Assembly (NCBI GenBank): GCA_043800755.1
Contig: JAZDMQ010000082.1
Location: 1 to 34,770, forward strand
Reading direction: 5' to 3'
DNA length: 34,770 nt
Origin: a bacterium
GTDB lineage: Bacteria > Methylomirabilota > Methylomirabilia > CAVQYV01
Part shown: positions 29,464-34,770 of the stretch, one piece after another
Layout: every line of letters starts with the position of its first letter
Position numbering within the stretch: the stretch's first letter is position 1
Translations under genes and position numbers: made by a program
The notes under the pieces: model-generated
Seen by the model: the letters and a program-made list of their open reading frames with translations, nothing else
The model's database searches: none
Told to the model about the DNA's origin: nothing

Positions 29464-30042
29464 CTATAACCCCAATATCTCGCTGATTTCCTGCATGGCC
29501 CTCAGGCTGATCTCCACGAACTCCTCCAGGGACAATCCGAGCTTCTCACCTTCCCGGATCGCCTCGCGGTTGACATTCTTGGCAAAGGCCTTCTCCTTCA
29601 TGCGCTTGATGACCGAGGAGGCCTTGACATTCTTCAGCTTCTTGTCGGGATAGACCAGGGCAGTCGCTACAATGAGGCCGGTGAGGTTTTCGGCGGCGGC
29701 CAGGGCAAAGTCGAGGGGTTGCGCCTTGTGGATGCCCAGGGCCTCTGCATTGTGGGCCTTGATGGCCTGGATGATGACGGGGTTTACTCCCTTGTCGCTC
29801 AGAATCTGGGAGGACCTCAGGGCGTGAGAGGCCGGATCCTCCTTGGTCTCCTCAAAGTCCAGGTCGTGGAGGAGTCCCGCGGTCCCCCAAAGGGACTCAT
29901 CCGCTTCCAACCTTCTGGCCAAAGCCCTCATGATGGCCTCGCTGGCGAGGCAGTGCTTTGTTAGGTTCTCCGCCTTTACATACTGTTGAAAGATCTCCTT
30001 CGCCTCTCCGGGGGAGATCCCCAGGTCTGCTTTTTCGGTCAT
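29464..30042 (-). CDS. HD/HDIG-domain metal-dependent phosphohydrolase
   Basis: KHC, GLLHDLD, H.....IL, AI.AH, K.FA..VNRE.I. Start moved to the ATG at 30042. Confidence 0.9.
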   Translation of the reverse strand: MTEKADLGISPGEAKEIFQQYVKAENLTKHCLASEAIMRALARRLEADESLWGTAGLLHDLDFEETKEDPASHALRSSQILSDKGVNPVIIQAIKAHNAEALGIHKAQPLDFALAAAENLTGLIVATALVYPDKKLKNVKASSVIKRMKEKAFAKNVNREAIREGEKLGLSLEEFVEISLRAMQEISEILGL

Positions 30043-30412
30043 CCTCGTTGCCTCCGATGTCTCAAGTGGGAGCCCAGGCGGCCCAAGATATCTTACCTTT
30101 GCCTGCCGCATCTGGCAAGGAATTTATTCCCTCAAGAGAGGAAATCCCCGGTTCCTGACGGCATCGGGCGCGACATCAGTCTCGGTCAGGGGGGAAGGCT
30201 ATCCCCTTCCCTCCTCAGCCATCCGCCCACTCTTTTCTTGACGGATGAAGGCAAGATGAATATGATTTTACAGACGGGGAGGCCCTGGAATTCGAAAGGC
30301 CATGGCGAGTGCATTCCTGGCGGCCCTCGCCCGGGTAGCTTCCAAGCCGGCATCCCGGCGTAAGGGGCAGAGGTGTTTTCCATTTGACCCAATCTCTCCA
30401 GGAGGTGAAGCG

Positions 30413-32851
30413 ATGCACCCAGAGGTTCCGGCAGAAAGGCTCCGGAGGATCTGCGATCCGTCCTCTCTCGGATTCCGCACCACAGAAGGACTAAAGCCGG
30501 TGGAAGGCATCATCGGTCAGGCCCGTGCGATCAGGGCCCTGCAATTTGGACTGGCCATTCAGGAGCATGGTTTCAATATCTATGTGGCCGGCCTGCCAGG
30601 CACCGGAAGGACGACTGCGGTGAAGGCCTTTTTGGAGGAACTCGCTCGCCAAAAGGAGGTCCCCACCGATTGGTGTTATGTCCATCATTTCAAGGACCCC
30701 TATTTTCCCAAGGCCATGAAATTGCCTCCTGGCAAGGGGAAGGTCCTGCAGGAGGATATGCGCAAACTGGTGGAGGAGGCCCGCCGCGAGATCCCGAGAG
30801 TCTTCGAGAAGGAAGACTATACGATGAGGAGGGAGCGAATCGGGGACGGGCTGCGCAAAAAGAGAGAGGCGCTGTTCACCCGCCTGGGGGAGAGGGCACA
30901 GGAGAAGGGGTTTCAGATCCAGTCCTCCCAGGTTGGTCTGCTGATCATCCCGGTGGTGGATGGGAATCCCATGAGCGATCAGGACTTCATGGCCTTGCCC
31001 CCGGAGAGGAAAGAGGAGATCCTCAAAAGACGCAGCGTGGTGGAAGAGGAGCTCAAGACCGCCACGAAGGAGCTCAAGGCCGCGGAGAAGGAGACCAATG
31101 AGGAACTGCAGAATTTGGATCGAGAGGTAGCCCTCTTCGCGGTGGGGTATCTCCTGAACGATCTGAAAGAGAGATATGAAGATCTCCCCCAGGTTCTGAA
31201 TTACCTGAAAGAGGTCCAAGAGGACATCCTGGAGAACATCGGCCAATTTCGAGGGGGGGGCGAGGGGTCCAGCGAGATGCTTCTCCCCATGGCCAGATTG
31301 AGGGAGCTTGCCTTCCGGAAATATCAGGTGAATGTGGTGGTGGATAATTCGGGGATGACCGGGGCCCCGGTGGTCATGGAGTTCAATCCTACCAACAATA
31401 ATCTCTTCGGCCGTATCGAAAAGGAATCAGAGTTTGGAGCCCTGGTAACGGATTTCACCATGATTCGCGCCGGATCCCTCCACCGGGCCAATGGGGGTTA
31501 TCTGGTGGTGCAAGTGGAGGAGTTGTTGCGCAATATCTTCTCCTGGGATGGGTTGAAGAGATCCATCCGCAATCGGGAGATCGCCATTGAGGAGGCGGGC
31601 GAAAGGCTCGGTTTCATTGCCACCAAGAGCCTGAGCCCGGAACCCATCCCCCTGGAGACCAAGGTCATCCTCATAGGCAACCCGGCTTTATATCACTTCC
31701 TCTTCGCCTATGACGAGGATTTCAACGAGCTGTTCAAGGTAAAGGCCGACTTTGATACCCGCATGGATTGGACAGAGGAGAATATTAAGACCTATGCGGC
31801 CTCTCTCTGGTCCCTCTGCTGCAGGGAACGCCTGAGGCATATGGATGCAGGGGCGGTGGCCAAGGTCATTGAGCACAGCTCGCGGCTGGCCGAGGACCAG
31901 GAGAAGCTCTCAACGCGTTTCATTGAGATTTCCGATATCATGCGGGAGGCCAATCATTATGCCTCGTCAGCGGGATCATCGCTGGTTACGCGGGGCGAGG
32001 TGGAAAAGGCGATCGAGGAGAGGATCTATCGCTCCAACCTGATCCAGGAGAGGATCAACGATCTGATTGCCAAGGGGGTCCTCTGCATCGATACCGAAGG
32101 GGAGGTGGTGGGGCAGGTGAACGGCCTGGCAGTCATCAGCCTGGGAGATTTCGCCTTCGGCCGGCCCAATCGCATCACCGTAAGCGTTGGCCTGGGGCGA
32201 GAGGGGATCATCGATATCGAAAGGGAGTCCAAACTGGGCGGCCGCATTCACACCAAAGGGGTCATGATCCTCGGAGGCTTCCTCGCAGATCGCTATGCCC
32301 AGGATAAACCCCTGGCCCTCTCGGCTCGGCTGGTCTTCGAGCAGAGCTATGAGGAGGTGGAGGGGGATTCTGCCTCCAGCACCGAGCTCTATGCCCTGCT
32401 CTCTGCCCTCTCGGGCCTCCCCATCCGCCAAGGAATCGCGGTGACCGGATCGGTCAACCAAAAGGGTCAGGTGCAGGCGATTGGGGGGGTCAACCAGAAG
32501 GTTGAGGGATTCTTTCAGATCTGTCAGGCCAAGGGCCTCACTGGAGCCCAGGGGGTAATCATTCCCGAATCCAACCTCTCCAACCTGATGTTGAAGGAGG
32601 AGGTAGTGCAGGCGGCGCGGGAAGGGAAATTCCATATCTGGCCGGTCAAGACCATCGACGAGGGGATTGAGATCCTGACTGGGCAGCAGGCAGGACAGAA
32701 GAGGGCGGACCTGACCTTCGAACCGGATACGGTGAACGATCGAGTCAATAGAAGGCTCCAGGAATTGGCCCGACAGCTGCGGGATTTCATGAAAGAAGAG
32801 GGGAGGGAAAAAGGAGAGACCGCGGATTCAAGCCAAGGGAAGAGCGGATGA
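30413..32851 (+). CDS. Lon-like (LonC-type) S16 protease
   Basis: IIGQ.RA, atypical Walker A GLPGTGRT, GSLHRANGG, GQVNGL, FEQSY..VEGDSAS (Ser), IGGVNQK (Lys). ATG at 30413 follows AGGAGG. Confidence 0.92.
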   Translation: MHPEVPAERLRRICDPSSLGFRTTEGLKPVEGIIGQARAIRALQFGLAIQEHGFNIYVAGLPGTGRTTAVKAFLEELARQKEVPTDWCYVHHFKDPYFPKAMKLPPGKGKVLQEDMRKLVEEARREIPRVFEKEDYTMRRERIGDGLRKKREALFTRLGERAQEKGFQIQSSQVGLLIIPVVDGNPMSDQDFMALPPERKEEILKRRSVVEEELKTATKELKAAEKETNEELQNLDREVALFAVGYLLNDLKERYEDLPQVLNYLKEVQEDILENIGQFRGGGEGSSEMLLPMARLRELAFRKYQVNVVVDNSGMTGAPVVMEFNPTNNNLFGRIEKESEFGALVTDFTMIRAGSLHRANGGYLVVQVEELLRNIFSWDGLKRSIRNREIAIEEAGERLGFIATKSLSPEPIPLETKVILIGNPALYHFLFAYDEDFNELFKVKADFDTRMDWTEENIKTYAASLWSLCCRERLRHMDAGAVAKVIEHSSRLAEDQEKLSTRFIEISDIMREANHYASSAGSSLVTRGEVEKAIEERIYRSNLIQERINDLIAKGVLCIDTEGEVVGQVNGLAVISLGDFAFGRPNRITVSVGLGREGIIDIERESKLGGRIHTKGVMILGGFLADRYAQDKPLALSARLVFEQSYEEVEGDSASSTELYALLSALSGLPIRQGIAVTGSVNQKGQVQAIGGVNQKVEGFFQICQAKGLTGAQGVIIPESNLSNLMLKEEVVQAAREGKFHIWPVKTIDEGIEILTGQQAGQKRADLTFEPDTVNDRVNRRLQELARQLRDFMKEEGREKGETADSSQGKSG

Positions 32852-32918
32852 TGTGCATCATCGGTGAGATCAGGGGGATCCCCTGACGGAGGATCCGGAT
32901 CTAAAGGGGTGAAGAGGG

Positions 32919-34199
32919 ATGATTTCCGGGGTGGAGAGAAAGGACGTGGTCAAAGCGTTGTGTGTCTTCCTTTTTCTGTTGATGGTCTCTTGCCTTTGGC
33001 CCCCGCAAGTTGGCCTGACCGCAAAGGATAGCTGCGAGACCTGCCATACCGACAAGTCCCTCCTTAAGATCTTTCTCTCCCCCCTTCCTGCGCCGAGTCC
33101 GGCGGAAGAGGAGGAGAGCTGAGCGGGGACTCTTCCCCCGGTGGGGGATCGGACGGAGCTCTACTGGGTGGACCCCGCCTTTGTGGCCTCCAGGCATGGC
33201 GCCTTGGGCTGTCCCGCTTGCCATGGGGGAGAACCGGCTGCCCCTGAAAAGGCTCAAGCCCACCGGGACCTGATTAGGGATCCCTCCGCCAATGCCAACC
33301 AGGTCTGCGCCCCTTGTCACGCTCAGATTGCCGAGAGATACCAAACCTCCATTCATGCCACGGTCAAGGGATACGAGACCGTGCTCAAGATCCGGGCGGG
33401 CTCTCGCTGGAACGATCTGGAGCCGATCTACCAGTCAAATTGCGTCGGATGCCACGCGACCTGCGGCCACTGCCACATCAGCCGGCATCCCTCAGGAGGC
33501 GGCGGGCTGCTCGCCGGACATCAATTCTTCAAGAGGCCACCTCCTGATAAGACTTGCGGGAGTTGCCATGGAGGGCGCGTCTCGCCGGAGTTCTATGGGA
33601 GGCACGAGGGACAACCTCCGGATGTCCATTTTGCGAAGGCAAAAATGGACTGCTTCGACTGCCACAACCCTCAGGAATTTCACGGGACCGAGACCCCTTA
33701 TCAGGATCGATATCCCTTGATCTCCAAGGTCTCCTGCCTCAGCTGCCACCAGGACCAATTCCAGGGTCCCTCGGCGATCGGAGCCCACAATGTCCACGGA
33801 AGGGATTTCCAGTGTCAAGTCTGCCACGCCGTCCTTTACAAAGGTTGCTACGAATGCCACATCGGAAAGGGATCCAGGTCCCAGCTGCAGTTCAAAATAG
33901 GAAAAAGCCTCAGGCCGGACAGGCCTTACCGCTATACCCTATTGCGGCATAACCCGATCGTCCGCGATACCTTTGCGGCGAGGCTAAAAGACGCGCTTCC
34001 CGATTACGATCTGATCCCAAACTGGAAGGACACCTCCCCCCATAATATTCAGAGGGTGACCTATCGGAGCCGGACCTGCAATGGCTGCCACGGCAATTCC
34101 CGCATTTTCCTGCGAAGTGAGGATCTGAAGCCTGGGGATCCCCGGGCTAACGAGCAGGTGATCGTGCCCAATATACCGCTCAAGATAGAAGCGAAGTAA
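32919..34199 (+). CDS. Periplasmic multiheme (11 CxxCH) cytochrome c with probable selenocysteine (UGA at 33120-33122)
   Basis: ORFs 32919-33122 (signal peptide + CETCH) and 33141-34199 (10 CxxCH, no signal peptide) are in frame across one TGA: PAEEEES-U-AGTLPP. A SECIS-like hairpin follows. The start could alternatively be the GTG at 32946. Confidence 0.8.
33120..33148 (+). promoter_or_regulatory. Putative bacterial SECIS element
   Basis: TGA-GCGGGGACTCT-TCCCCC-GGT-GGGGGA: a 6-bp GC-rich stem with a GGU apical loop 17 nt after the UGA. Confidence 0.7.
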
Positions 34200-34327
34200 T
34201 AGGGGTCCTCTGGCGTCTTGGGGGATCTGGGGCAATCGCCCGAATCCGTTGAAGTGAAGAGCGGACATGATCGCCCCGACCTGCGGCAGAGGGGAAGGGC
34301 TTCAAAACCTTATGCAAAGGGGGAGCT

Positions 34328-34770
34328 ATGTATCAGAAGATTCTGGTCCCATTGGACGGCTCAGAGCTGGCAGAGTGCGTACTTCCTCATGTGGAGGCGA
34401 TCAGCCAGGGCTGCAAGGTGAGGGATGTCCATTTAGTGCGTGCGGTGGAGCCACTGGTGCTGTTGCCCGATACCTGGATAGCTTTCACTCAGGATGAACT
34501 CGATCGGCTCGAATCGGGGCGGAGGTCCGAAGCGGAGAAATACCTCCAGCAGCGGGCGCAGCAATTGCGGGATTCTGGCATCAGCGTGAAATCGGAGGTC
34601 CTCTTGGGGAAAGGGGCTGAGGCCATTGCCGAGTACGCCAAGAAGAATGAGGTGGACCTGATTGTGATTGGCACCCATGGGCGTTCCGGGGTCAGCCGCT
34701 GGTACTGGGGGAGCGTTGCCGACCGAATCCTCCGTTCCGCCTGTGTCCCGGTCTTGATGGTACGGGCCCC
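34328..34770 (+). CDS. Universal stress protein (runs off the window end)
   Basis: MYQKILVPLDGSELAE...DLIVIGTHGRSGVSRWYWGSVADRILR...PVLMVR, open to the end of the window; GGGGAG RBS. Confidence 0.93.
   Translation, partial: MYQKILVPLDGSELAECVLPHVEAISQGCKVRDVHLVRAVEPLVLLPDTWIAFTQDELDRLESGRRSEAEKYLQQRAQQLRDSGISVKSEVLLGKGAEAIAEYAKKNEVDLIVIGTHGRSGVSRWYWGSVADRILRSACVPVLMVRA

Noticed and set aside
30060-30400. Riboswitch (e.g. c-di-GMP) in the HD/lon divergent intergenic region
   Set aside because: Only a GGCAAA word and a short hairpin are present; the full consensus is absent.
34225-34280. Imperfect long hairpin between the cytochrome and usp
   Set aside because: Multiple mismatches, no U-tract and no recognised motif; expected by chance in GC-rich DNA.

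Overview
GC-rich bacterial chromosomal window, probably from an anaerobe (taxon not determinable from the sequence). Left part: the end of a TGS-domain GTPase gene and a stand-alone LigD phosphoesterase, then a ~7.3 kb integrase-less defence island (about 638-7935). The island is bounded by a 9-bp direct repeat (CTCAAGGCC), starts with a tRNA 3' half and ends 10 bp from the glmS stop. It carries a type IIG/ISP-like R-M enzyme, a HEPN-motif protein and an Mrr nuclease, the last two each followed by an integron attC-like site. The rest is mostly core genome: accD-folC-glmU-glmS, nitroreductase, LysE, two secreted cyclase-family hydrolases, ligA, a TPP-riboswitch operon (Nudix-thiE-thiC-NYN-DUF362), rarA, pyrE, pyrF, an SNase-like protein, an HD protein, a LonC-type protease and a usp gene. 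The most notable signal is an 11-heme periplasmic cytochrome c that the ORF track splits in two at an in-frame UGA followed by a bacterial SECIS-like hairpin, i.e. a probable selenoprotein cytochrome. Also seen: an in-frame UAG at a conserved Lys of the DUF362 gene, a 33-bp palindromic element apparently inserted in-frame in the R-M gene, and a collapsed enolase-superfamily pseudogene.
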